A stretch of DNA of 64,000 nt from Raillietiella orientalis (Eukaryota). A program made the position numbers and the translations under genes. Under the pieces are notes generated by a model. It saw only the letters and a list, made by a program, of their open reading frames with translations. It was not told where the DNA came from and made no database searches. The stretch is taken from NCBI GenBank assembly GCA_036172245.1, contig JAYWIR010000013.1, forward strand, positions 2,232,001-2,296,000, in the 5' to 3' direction. Below are positions 46,217 through 58,400 of the stretch, in pieces; position 1 is the first letter of the stretch; every line of letters starts with the position of its first letter.

Positions 46217-49200
46217 ATGGTGTACGGCATCCTCCTGGAGAGCGTGCAGCACTTCGTGCAGGTAAATCCTGGGCGCCGGGGGGTGTTTCTCGGAGTGAAA
46301 GTAGTGGACGCCGGGCTCGACATGTCACGCTGCTTGCAGCTGAAGTACGGCGAGGAGTTTTGGGCGGATGCCCTGGAGCGCACCGGCCAGCCTCGCTCGC
46401 TGGTCTTCCAGAGCCACAAAATCTACCCAGACGCCCTGATGCCCGCACTCGCGGACACCTGCGCACAGCTGTCCCCGGAGGGCCTGTCCCAGGAGGACTT
46501 CATGGAGTACTTCGGCTGCTGCTTCGTGCGCTTCTACAGCTACTACGGCTACGACGCCCTGCTGTACGCCTCCGGGCGCCACTACGGGGACTTCCTGAAG
46601 TGCCTGGACTACCTGCACCAGCAGATCCGGCTGTCCTACCCGAAGATGATCAGCCCGCACATGTACATCGAACAGGAGTACGAAACGGGGGCGCTGCTGC
46701 ACTACAAGACGCACCGCACGCCCTTCCTGCCCTACCTGAAGGGGCAGCTCAAGACGGTCGCGAGAGAGTTCTACAGGATCCGCATGCAGGTACTCCCTCC
46801 ACGTGCCCAGGCCGTCACGCTTACCACCCACCTAGGTTGAGTCCACCCAGGTCGGGCCCAATGACTTTCTCATCTCCCTCGCCTTCGACAATGAGGGCTA
46901 CAAGACCTCCCTGCGCGACGGCGTGCTGCGTGACTCGGCGCTGGGCACGCTGCGGCACCTGCCTGCGAGCTACCTCTTCCAGCTGTTCGTCTTCAGCTTC
47001 GCCTTCAACAAGGACAACATCGTCGTCGCCGCCGGAAGGGCGCTACTTTGCGCCCTTGGAGGCGCGAGCAGCCTTGTCGGCAGCCGCGTCAACGACCTCA
47101 TCCACCTTCGTCGGCCCAGGGTCGAGCTCAGCTGGGAACAGGTGAGCGCCGCTGAGGGGAAGGGGCAGTCCACGAGGGAACCCCGCGCAATCACGGCAGG
47201 TCCTGCCGCTCAACACCATGGTGTTCGAGGTGGAGGTCCAGGTGCATGCCACAAGAAGCCTCCAGCGACATGCGACTTCGGGCAGACGCAGCCCGGACAA
47301 GACGGATGACCGCAAAATTCTCCACCTACGGGGTCGCATGAAGCTCATCGAGGAACTCGACTGCATCATCTACCTCTGCTTCCCGGTGTGAGTACCCGGG
47401 GGGAACTGGACCCCCTTTGCAGCCCCTGGGGGGATGGGAAGGGGACGCCACCAAGGAACGACCGTCTCCTTCTTTGCTCCCTTCTTTCTCCCTTCCTCCT
47501 TCCTCCCTTCCTTCACCCTTCTCCCTTTCTCCTGACGTTAACACTCGCTGCTCCTTGGGAGGGTGCGCAGGACTCCCGCGCTGGTAGGCGTCTGGATCAC
47601 GGCCCGGCTGTCGGCACTCGCCTTCGTCAGCGAGAGATGGCGCCGCGCCTCCTCCTTCGGCTGATGCCGCTCCAAGGCAGAGCCTCGTTCCCCAGGACGC
47701 GTGGGGCGAGGAGAAACCGGAGCGCCACACAGGTCGGGCATCGGGAAGGGAAGTAGAGGAAGTGGCGAGCCCTCCGGAAGTGGCCCGGAATCTGCTTGAA
47801 ACTGCAGGAAGGTTGGCGCGGGTCTTCGCCGCTTGCTGGGTGCCGCGCCCACCGCTCCCCGCCGCCCCGGCAGCGGCCGCGAGCGAAGGGAAGGCCTGCG
47901 TCGGCACCACCGCGAGCGCGCCACGGTCAGCTTCGTCGACGTTCTTGCGTGGCCTGCACGGCATCGGGTGAGCCGCGAGCGTCCCCCACTGCGACCCTGA
48001 CGCATGAGATGACCCGTGCCGAGCGACCCGGCTGCAGAGGGAGGAGGCGCCACTGGCTCTTGGCACGCGCGCAGGAGCCGTGCGCGCCTTCCGCACCCAC
48101 CTCGCATCCGCTCGGCACGTGCGGAAGGATCCGCCACTCCTTGCATGGTAGGGGCAGGGCAGGTCTCGACGTGCGGGCAGACCCCCAGCGTGTCATTGAA
48201 GGCAGCTTGGCGATCGCGCACGTGCTGAAGCCGTCCGCTCGCTGCGCGACGCGTGGCCGCTCCTCAGATGCATCCCGCACGGTCGTCTGGAGACGCGCGT
48301 GCCGGGGAGGCCGGGCGAGTATGAGCTTCAATGCCGAGCTGACCAGGGCGTCATCGTCTCCCGTAGGCTGGGCAGCATGGATGAGCTGCTCGAATTGGAC
48401 CTCAGGGCGAGCGACCTGGCCATGCACGACCGCAGCATCGAGGCGATCTTCGGGGGCTGCGAGGTCATCTCCAGGTGAGCGGGTGATCCTCCTGCACCGC
48501 CCCCTGCTGTGAACGGACTCTGGAGTTTCCGCTCCTCCCTCGCTCTTGCCCAGGAGGTCGGCACCCTCCTCCGCGTCCGCTCATGATTCGCCCTGGGAAA
48601 AGAGAATGATGCAGGGATGGCAAGCCCCGCTGGCAGCGCTGCCACCCCCACCCCTTCTCGTCCATTTGCAGGATGCAGGCGACCTTCGACGAGGTGGAGG
48701 AGAAGAGCTCGAGGCTGGAGAAGAACATGGAGCTTCTGCACGAGTACCGAGCGCGCTCGGACGAGCTGCTGTACTCCATGCTGCCCAAGCCCGTGGCCGA
48801 CAGCCTCCGGCGCGAAGGGAATCCCCTGTCCACCTGCCAGGTGAGCACTCTTGAACGAAATCGCTACCTCTTTCCATCCCCTCCGGCTCCGCGACCGCGT
48901 TCCATGCCGATGGCTGCGCGCAAGTCGCCGCCGACTGGGTCATGCGAGTCGAGTCGCGCCCGAGTGCACGGCCCAAGGGAGGTCGCACTGCATCCCGGGC
49001 TCTGGGAGCCTCTGCCTCATCGCTCGCCTTCCCGTCATCCCCCCCTCCTTCCTCCTCCTCCTTTCCTGCAGCTCTCGCCTCACCTTACTGGCTGGCGTGA
49101 TACTCGAGAGGCGCCTCCGCCGCTGCGTGGCGGCAACGCCAATGCAGCGGCGAGAACGACAGACCGGGGCGACTGCGGCACTCTCAGGTTTCCGGACGTG

Positions 49201-50714
49201 GTGGTGGCGATGGAAGGGGGGCGACGCCCTTCTCCACCGTTCATCCCATCCGCCCGCGCTGGGCGGTCGGGCGCGCGTCCCTCGCCGCCTCTGACCGCTC
49301 AGCGCGTGCATGAGCAGCTCCTCCCATACGTGACCGCTGTCCCGATTTCCAGTACTACGACGACGTCTCCATCCAGTTCTGCGAGATCCTCAACATCCTG
49401 GAGAAGATTTCCAGCTCCTCTGCCATGGAGACCGTCGTGTACATCAATCGCATCTTCACCATGTTCGACGTCATCATAGACAAACACAACGTCTACAAGG
49501 TGAGAGATGCGGCGCCTCCCGCAGCGGTCGTGGAGGCGCCTCCGGGGCCCGCCTCGATACGAGCGCCCCGAGAGCTCTCCGTCGCTCCCCCCCTTCGTCA
49601 CGACGGCAACCGACGAGGTGAAGGGAAGAGAGCATGCGGACACTCGTCGGCAAGCGCGCGTGCTCCCCCTCCTCCCCGCAGCAGCAGCATCCCGAGGGCT
49701 CCCCGTCTGCATCCCGCAGGTGGAGACGGTTGGCCAGGTCTACATGATTGTCACCGGCATCCCCGAGTGGCAGCCGAACCACATCAAGGAGCAGGGACTC
49801 GTCGCCTTGGAGATCATGGACCACATGAGGGACCTGGAAGGGGGTTCCATCAGCATACGCACGGGTAAGGGCCACCTTCGGAGCGCCACCGCCTCCCCCG
49901 CGAGGGGCCGTGACTCCCCAGCCTCCGTGGGGCCTTCCCGAGGTCCGGTCCCAGCCGCCGTCCGCCTCCGTGGGCCTCGGCGAGCAGGAGCGGGAGGCGG
50001 TGCCGCCGCGACCACTGCGCGCGAAAGCGACGCTTGCAGGCAGTGGGGCTGAGGGCCTGTGACACGCCGGGTGTTTTCCCAGGGATCCACGTGGGGCCGG
50101 TGGTGGCCGGCATCGTGGGCATCAAGGTGCCCAGGTACTGCCTCTTCGGCGACACCGTCAACACTGCCTCCCGCATGCAGACCCACGGGAAGGTAGGGGG
50201 GAGAGGCAGGCGGCCCTCGGGCGAGGTGGCTTGCGAAGAGGAGCCGCTCCCGGGTCGCCTCCCTCAGGGACACCTCGTTGACCACGATTCCAGCCAGGCA
50301 GGATCCACGTGTCCCACAAGTGCCACGCCCATATGCTGTCCCTCGGCTTCCTGTTCGAGCGAAGAGGACCCACGGCCATAAAGGTCAGTGGCAGCGCGGG
50401 ATGGGGAAAGGGGCCTCCAGACAGGGAGGGAGCGCCTCCGCTCCCCTCTGGGCGTAGGCGTGGTCGAGGGGCTCTGAGGAGGAGGACAGTCACCCCTTGA
50501 GGGGGAGGAGGAGGAAGGTGGAGGTACTGTCCCCCCTTTCCTCCCCCTCCGGAAGCCGCCCACAGTTTCCTCCGGGGGATCCCTAGCGGCGCGGAGCAGG
50601 CGTGGTCCCACGCCTCCCCCTCTTCCCGCCTGTCTTTTCCAGGGTAAGGGCAGGATGGAGACCTACTGGCTGGTCGGGTTCTCTCAGCCCGAGGGCAAGG
50701 CAGGGGAGCCATGA
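46217..50714 (+). CDS. Gyc89D: Atypical soluble guanylyl cyclase subunit (H-NOX, PAS/HNOBA, coiled coil, cyclase), Gyc89D-like
   Basis: Exons approx. 46217-46261, 46340-46789, 46836-47141, 47200-47387, 48367-48474, 48672-48840, 49353-49499, 49720-49864, 50083-50192, 50294-50383, 50643-50714. Motifs [116 protein letters not shown]. Confidence 0.9.
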
Positions 50715-52730
50715 GCACGGGGACCCTGCGAGCGGCGACCTGGAGAGACGGCCGGGCCCTCCTCCGCCCGCCTGACCAACTGCTTCTCCACGCTAGTCGC
50801 ACAGAGCTGCCCGCGACCCCGCCCGACTTGCCCCTGTGGACGTTGCTCACGGGACGACCCTCTCCGCGGCGCTTACCTCTCCTGGCAGAGTATCCGCCGG
50901 GAGGCTTTTGCGCGGGCCGGGATCGAGAGAGAGAGGAAGGAAAGGACAGAGGGCGGTCTCCTGGAAACGCCTCCCGGATGGGCCCACGGACACCTTGCCT
51001 GGACGCCAGCTCGCGGCATCCCCGGGAAACGCTGGATCGCCTCCCTCTTCCCCGACTTGGCGCTGGAGAGCTTGGTGACCTCGACGGATGACCTGCGCGG
51101 GCAAATCACTCAGAAGAGTCCGAACTGAAGTACGTCCGAAGGAGTCGCGGAAGACGTGACCGTTGGGAGCGCCTGCTGCGCGGCATCCAGGGGAAGAAGT
51201 GAGCGCGCTGCCACCACCCGTGCGCCCTGCCCGCTGACGCCTCAGGACAGTGAGCCACGCTGAGTCGTTTATACACCTCGTTCCTTTAATGCACGACCCT
51301 TCTTTTGCTCCCCCCCTTTCCCCTTTTTTCCTTCTAAGCAGAGCTTCCGCGCAGCGGCTTCCGAAACAATTGGATCCCCGCTCTTCTGCCATGTTGGAAC
51401 CGAAGTGCAATAAGATGGCGTGACTCCGTCACTTCGAGTTTCCGTGTTTCGTGTGAGGGTCCACGAAAATCCTGCAGTTCGTGATTCCTTAAAGTGTGAC
51501 CTTGGACTCTGCCCCCTCGAGTTCTCGTACAGTGGCCGCGCTTTTTCGGCTTGCAGGATGCGGATGTCACGTGCGCTGCTGCTGTACGATTCCAGCTTTT
51601 GGCCCGAGGAAGGTCCATTACGGAAAGCGTCCCCGCCCACCAAGGACAAGTGCAACCGGCGAATGACCGTACACCGCAGCATCCTCACGAGGGCAGCCAC
51701 TCTTTGAGCTCGGGATGAACTTTTGCAAGGGCGGAGGAGTTTCCACGGATGCAAGGGGGCGGCACGAAGCACGAAGCCGTCATCCCGCTCCGCTGTCACC
51801 CTGGACTCAGCTGCGCGTTGCGGCGCTTAATGCATCGCCCCATAAAAGAATGCCTCTGAAAAGATCGGGGAGCCGTTGAGGATGGATGTACAGTGCACAC
51901 GCGCGAGTACTGTACATAAATAAATGAATGTCATGCCAGACAGTTGCGTGCTAACCACCTCTACATTTCTGTGAAACTGCGTGCGTGTATGTGTGTATGT
52001 GATCGTGTGTGTGTAGATACTGTGACTGGACATGTGAGGATTTAGGAAGAAATGTCCTGCTTCAGTATTCGGCAAGCTGCTTGCGGGTCGACGCCGCACC
52101 CCGTCGACGGCATCACTCCGGTCCGTGCGCAGGAATCGCGCACCACGAAAGGAAGGAGGCGCCGCGTGGGCACGCCCTCCATTCCGATCTTGCTGGCGAG
52201 GGTTCCGAGCGGAGAACCGGGGTGGCGCTCCCTCTCCAGAGTTTCGCGTGAGCTGTGTTCCTGGGACGACCCCCGCCTCCGTCCTTGCAACGCAAATCGC
52301 GCACGCCAAAGATTCTCTTTGGACTCCTGCGTCCATGCTGCAACGCGTGCGACAGATCCGCACGAGATGGTCAGCTGTTCCTCCTTTCCAAGCCGGCACT
52401 CCGACGGAGTCGATTCTGGGGTCAGCCCCACGCAGCCGTCAAACGACCGGCCCGTCGTCCAACTCACCAGTCCGCGAGGATCGAGGAAGGCTGGTGGCAC
52501 TCCTAGGAAGACAACGGTGGAACGAAGCACTCCGCTGAAGACGGCGCTTCGTCCTCTGCCATCATTTCTGGAAGCTGGGCAGAATGCTCAAAGTATACAA
52601 CGGAAGAAAAAGAAAACTCCGTTTTCCTTTTTTCCCATAAAGGAGAAAAAAAATTCGTTACTGTGGCAACACTGCGAGTTCACCTTCCGCAGCGCCGCCT
52701 CCATGGCTCAGTGTTCATCCCTGAGTAGGG

Positions 52731-52866
52731 ATGTATATATAGATATATAGATATAGATATATAGATATAGATATTCGGATATATAGATATAGATAAGTAG
52801 ATATAGATATAGATGTGGATAGACCTAGATATAGATACAGACGTGTAGACAGATACAGACGTAGAT
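52731..52866. repeat. Degenerate (ATATAG)n microsatellite
   Basis: ATATAGATATATAGATATAGAT... seen directly. Confidence 0.9.
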
Positions 52867-54354
52867 CCCTGAGTGACGGTCAAAAGTCGATGGAAGCGAC
52901 CTGCGTTCGTTGGACGTGTCTTTGGCCAGAGACGAGAGCTGTGCCTTCCGGATGGCACTCAGCTGTTGGGCAAGGTCACCCCACACCCTGCTTGCTGCCC
53001 GGCTGGCCGTCCCCTGGCCATGGAGCTGAGGCGTTCCCGGCGTCGCTCCCGGAGAACGCAGCCTGACGGCCGGAGCGGCACCGGAGGGAAACTTTTGCTG
53101 AAAGCCGACCATTTCGTGCCGCGGTTGCGTTTCCGGTACTCAACAGAGGAGGCAGAGCGAAGCGCCCGCGAGCAGTCGGCGACTTAAGGCTTTTCTTTTT
53201 TTTTTTTTTTGCCTTCTGTACCCAATGCCGGCGTGCGTGAGCACCATAAAAAGTGACGCGCAAAAGCATCACAGCAATCGGACAGCACGGATGGATCGTA
53301 GGCGGAGCTTGAGCAATCGAACAGACCCGGGGAAAAGTCGGAATGGTAAGTGTGCCAACGGCTTTCGCCGTTCCGTGAGTTGTCCTCGCGACATGAGGAC
53401 GGTAGCGACGAGCCCCGCTGAGGTGTCCACCGCCTCACCCGGATAGCTGCGGAGAAAGGAGTACGCAAGCCTCAGAACTAGTGTGGGTGGGCGGTCTAGA
53501 TCCTCCCCGTTGCTGTCGTTTCCAGCTGCAACACCTTCCCGGAGAGGGCACCAACCTCTACTCCTTGGATTCCTCTTTCCAAAAAGGGGTTCAGAGGGTT
53601 TCCCCCTTGCAGCCGTGCAACCGGCGTGCTGTCGCGGAACCCGGAGGTGAAGAGCGAGCGGTGGGTTTGCGAGAGGGGAGCGCAGGGTTCCACAGCATCC
53701 ATGACCAGCCCGCGGTCTTGTGCCCTTCGACGGAACGCGGGAGCTGCCATAGCCACGTCGTGTCGGACGCATGCACGCAGCACTCGCTGCTGGCAGCGAC
53801 TGCGAGTTCCCTGAACGCAAATGGAGGCCGCAAGCAAAAGGGCGGCTGCAGGCGTTCCAAGCGCAGACTCTGCGTCTCCGTAAGTGCAGTCTCACGGAGG
53901 ATCAGCTTGGGTGCATGCGGCCAGGAAAAAACGCCACAGGAAGCTGCGCTCCAAGAAGCGAAAGCTCTTCACGAACAGCGCCAAGAGCACTCCACCGTCT
54001 GTGCTGCTATTCGTGTGGCTAGAGTTCGTCTTCAATGGCTGCGCTGTTGATCATCAAGGAACTTTGCATTCGTTCCCGTGTCTTTTTCTTTCCCTTCTTC
54101 CTTTCCTTTTTCTTTTTTTGGGATTTGAAGCGCGTGGTTATCTTCAATTCCACTCACGGTTGCATCTACCTTATTCATAAGGATGAGAAAGTGGGCAGTG
54201 GAGCCTTCTTTCTCGAGTCGTTACGACACGCCATGAATTCATGAGATGAAGATGCGGCATGATGCGCTTCCCGAAATAAACAAAAAGTCAGCAAATTTCA
54301 AGCAGAAACTTCCTGAGACCAATTTTTAGAACGAGTTTCAATTTTCGATCCTTC

Positions 54355-54452
54355 TATATATACATATAGATAGATAGACAGATATAAATATACAAATATA
54401 GACATATAGATGTATAGATATGGATATACATATACAAATATGGATGTGAATA
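54355..54452. repeat. Degenerate AT-rich (ATATAG/ATATAC)n microsatellite
   Basis: TATATATACATATAGATAGATAGACAGATAT... seen directly. Confidence 0.85.
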
Positions 54453-54604
54453 TTAAAAATTTTTTATTAAAAAAGGCCAGTAGCGACCCCACGAGGAGAT
54501 CGTTACTATTGGCCTAGGACGATGGAAATCCTTGGGTTCTTTGTTTCCACAACTCTCCGCCCACGGCAACCCGCAGGGGGGCGTGTAATTCTCCAGGATA
54601 GGGG

Positions 54605-54925
54605 GCACCCCGAGATGGGGTCCGCCCTATGAATCCAGGAAGGACTCGGAGTCCGTTCCTCTGACGCTTGGGGAGGGATCCCCCCGGACGAGGAGGATCG
54701 CACCTCCCACCCTGGTTGTCTCCGAAGGAGAACCCCGAAGGGAATCTCCCTCCTCATTCTCTACGGAAGGGCACCCCCCTAATGGGGGGTGGTCCTCTCC
54801 ATTTCAACTTCTCCGAAGGGAACCCGGAAAGGATCCGCTTCTAGGAATTTCTTCTCCGGAGGGAACCCGCAAGGGAACCGCTCCTTTATTCACTCCTCTG
54901 AAGAGAACCCGAAGGGACGCTTCCG
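54605..54925. repeat. Interspersed repeat body with internal ~30-bp sub-repeats
   Basis: 54605-54734 is homologous to 36291-36430. A TCTCCGAAGGGAACCCG(A)AGGGA-like motif recurs near 54719, 54810, 54853 and 54896. Confidence 0.7.
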
Positions 54926-55240
54926 AAACTCAGAAGGGGCGCTGCAGCTTCCCGCAGGGGAATCGCTCTCGCTTCCTGTTGCACTCTGTGAAGAGGCGAC
55001 GACTCGGAGGGACCCCCCAACAGGGGGGTCCGCTCCTTTGAACAACTGGAGAGGTGCCCCTGAGGGCTCCTGCTCCATCTTGAAACCGGAGGTGGTCCCC
55101 TGGTGACGGGGGTCCGCTCTCCGTTGCACGACAGGAGGGGGAACTCCCACTCCTTGATTCCTGGGAGGACCCGAAGGTCGACTCCCATTGTTCCGGCCTT
55201 CATCGGGAGGCCTCCGGCTTTATCCACCGCCGGGGGGCAC

Positions 55241-55471
55241 GCCCGAATGTCTCGGCCAACCAGCGCCATCTTGCAGGAGAAACCCGGAACCCAAACGACG
55301 CAGTGGCGTCAGTTATCTGCCGAAGTATTCGAACCCGCGGCGCATAAACTTTATAATTTCTTTATAAAGTTTATTTTTTAATAAACGATCCGGAGAAATC
55401 CGGGTGAAAATCGAACCCGCGGCGCATGGTGCCACGCGCGGAAGCCTTAACCACAATGCCTCCGACGCGGG
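55241..55471 (-). mobile_element. Second copy of the tRNA-derived SINE head, interrupted by a 65-bp insertion
   Basis: CCCGAATGTCTCGGCC...GTATTCGAACC...CCTTAACCACAA...TCCGAC shared with 23201-23350. 17-bp direct repeat TCGAACCCGCGGCGCAT at 55329-55345 and 55411-55427. Confidence 0.75.
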
Positions 55472-58400
55472 CTGCGGGAATGTGAATAGTTATATCTGTA
55501 AACAGAGATAAATATACAGCCACATCTGTACATTCATACACATCTGTATGGATGTGGGTTCGCTCCTGTTTTTTTCAATTTCCTTTCTCTCGTCGCGGTT
55601 GTCCTGCCGGAAACGAGACGAATACACTGGAAGTGGATGGCGAACCGACTTCCCAGGAGGAGGAACCTCGAGGACAAAGTTCCCCTGCCCATTGGCAAGG
55701 GACTCCTGCACGGAGTGACCTCCATCTTCCCCGTGCGAGTCCAGAAGATGCCCGGCAGTTCCGCCGCTCTGGATGCGCCCGGACGACGGCGAGTGCAGCG
55801 TGGGCTTCGCCACTTCTTCGCTGCTGCGACCCCGAGGGAGCCGGGGATCAGTCGGCCCGTTTCGGGCGGGGCGCCGCTCCTGCGTCTCTCAACCCTCACC
55901 TCCGGGAGCGGCGGCGTCCTTCCTGAGAGGCGCTGCGCTTTCCGTGGGGTGAGGAGGACAAGCAGAACCCCTTCTGGTTCTTGTCCTGCGGCCTGAAGCT
56001 GCCGGGCGCCCGAGTGAAAGTGAAAGGCTTTGCCGTTCCCGAGGGCAGCGGGCCAGTCTCACGCACCGTCCACCACTCACGCCGCGAGGGTCGTCAGGAG
56101 GGGGTCCCGTCCGTGTGGGTCTCTCCCCGCCGGGAGCACCCGATCTGGTGCCTGCGATGGGGGCGGGGAGAGAGGCCCCCCGCAAGGCGCTGCCGAGGCG
56201 CGAAGACTGGAAGAGGACGTTCCGGGTGCTCCACCGGGACCCGCAGGATTTCCCTGGGCCTCGAGACCGGAGTCTTCTGTGTCGAACGCGTACGTGCGTG
56301 TCCCGGAGGCATGAGGCGGCGGCACCGCAGGGAGACGACCGGGAATCCGCGTGGGATGATGGGCGGGCGGGCAGGCGCATCGATTTCCCGGGCTGCCACG
56401 GACGATCGCGATGAAGGTCAGGCTCGGAAGAGGGGAAGGGGGGCTCATGACGCTGGCGGGCCTCCTCCTCTTCCCGAGGAGGGGGCTACGGGATGGCTCC
56501 CCGCCTTCCTCCCCAGCCCCCGCCCGGAAACGACCCTTCCCGCGCTCCGGATTGCCGGAAATTTCCTTCGCCTGACGAATTCTAGGCCGCGGACGCGCTG
56601 CCAGGGCTGCGCCCAGAGCACGATACGATTCCCAGGGAGAGGGAAGGATCGGCATGCATTTTTTATGCGGGGAGGTACGCTCCGGGAACGAGCGGGCAAT
56701 TACCCGGCCAGTTTCCCCGGCTTCAACGTGACGAGCGGGAAGGTGCCCTTCCCTGAGGACGCGCGCTCCGGAGCGGGAAGCCCTCAGAGGAAGGGGGAGG
56801 GGGAGCTCCAGTCAACCTCCTCGGTAACGAAATCCCTCGGGTCCTAGCAGGAACTCGGGCGTGTAGGGACGCCGAAAGGGGAAACGCGCGGGGCTTCCCC
56901 CTCCCCTCCTTCCCGCTCATCTCATCCCGCAGGTGGAGGACGCCCGGCATTCCTCTCGCAGCAGCTGCACGGACGGAAGGAACAGTCGGTCCTGCAGGGC
57001 CCCTCCAGGGACGGAACGTCGGGAGAGGCTCCTCAAGGCAGAGGAAAAAAGCCACCCCACCATCCACTGCCGCTGTGGGACTGGATGGCTCCGGGACGGA
57101 AGCTCTCGCCTCTCGGAGGGAACGAGAATCCACCGACGAAGGGCGACCGGGAATCGGCCAGGACGTGCGTGGGAAATGCCCAAAACGAATGGCCCATGGA
57201 TCTTTCCAGCCTGGACCCTTTCCGCCCTTCATCCCCGGAGAGGGCCGCAGGAGCCGCGCCGCTCGGGAAAGGGGGGGGGGATCCCGGGTCTGCGGAAGCA
57301 TGTGATTGCGTGTTCCCCTGCCCTCCGGGAGAAGGACGCAGCGAGAAGCGAGGCGACCTCGGAAGCCGAAGGCCGCACCGGAGGTTCCGATGGGAAGACC
57401 CGACCCAAGCAGGGGTCCCGCCTTCCTGTTTCCCCCCGAGCTCTCCAGTCTACTTGTCTGCCCCCTGGCGGGGGCCAGGGTACAGAGGCGGCGCTCCCTT
57501 CTTCCCCTTCCCTATCAGAAGAGGAGTCCCATTCCCTCCACCTACATGTCCGGATTGACCTTGAGGTAGTGTTCGGCCGGGAGGGGACTAAATGGGAGGC
57601 ACACCAGCCAAATGAGACGCGCCGACCCCTCCAGGAGGCCGTCCGTGCCCGAAATCTCAAGGGAAAGAGCCCTTTCCAGACTGAGCCACGCGCCCCCTTT
57701 CCCGGAAGTTCGCAAGGGGCGGAACAGAAGGGTTCCCTTTTTCGCCCTTCTTTGAGCGTGTGCGTTTGATCCCTCCACTTCCGGACACTAGGCGGTCACT
57801 CGAAGAGTGGCGGTGCCCTCCCCGTGTGCACCCCCTTCTGAGGGATGACCCGCGAAGCGCCGGCCCCTCCGCGTGCGAAGCCCCACCCGCGGAATCGATG
57901 GTTGCCACAGCAACGGGGAGACCCTCTGACCCCCTCCCTCCCCTCCCCAGTTCCCTCGCTCCGACAGCGGATAGGCGCGAGGGGGCGCTCCGGAACTTGG
58001 CCCCGCTTGGCGAGGAGGAAGGAACGCCCTTCGCTGAGGACGGGTCCGAGGTCGCGCGGGTCGCTTCGAACGGACGCAGCAGCCGTTTGCTCTCCGCGCC
58101 TGGGGACGCCTCCTCCTCCTCTTGGTGGCTTTCTGGGCGATTTTCGAGACCCACGCACCGAAGGATGGCGGGCAGCCGACTCCCCGAGGGATCGCCGCCG
58201 GCGGGAGCGGGTTAGCGCTCGCTCGCGGGCTGCGGCCTCCTCCGAGGACTCGTGGGGCATGTCGGAGGGGGGAAAGGCGGGGGACATGAGTCTCGGAGGA
58301 TGCCCGGGGCAGGGAGCGGAAAGACCCTCCACTGGATAGGCGGGAGGGCGGTTCCAACGGACAGGCGGAGCGCTTTATTAATTCACACTTTTGGAGATTC

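Noticed and set aside
54719..54925. Spaced ~30-bp repeats resembling a CRISPR array
   Set aside because: Degenerate, irregularly spaced, inside a eukaryotic interspersed repeat, with no cas genes.
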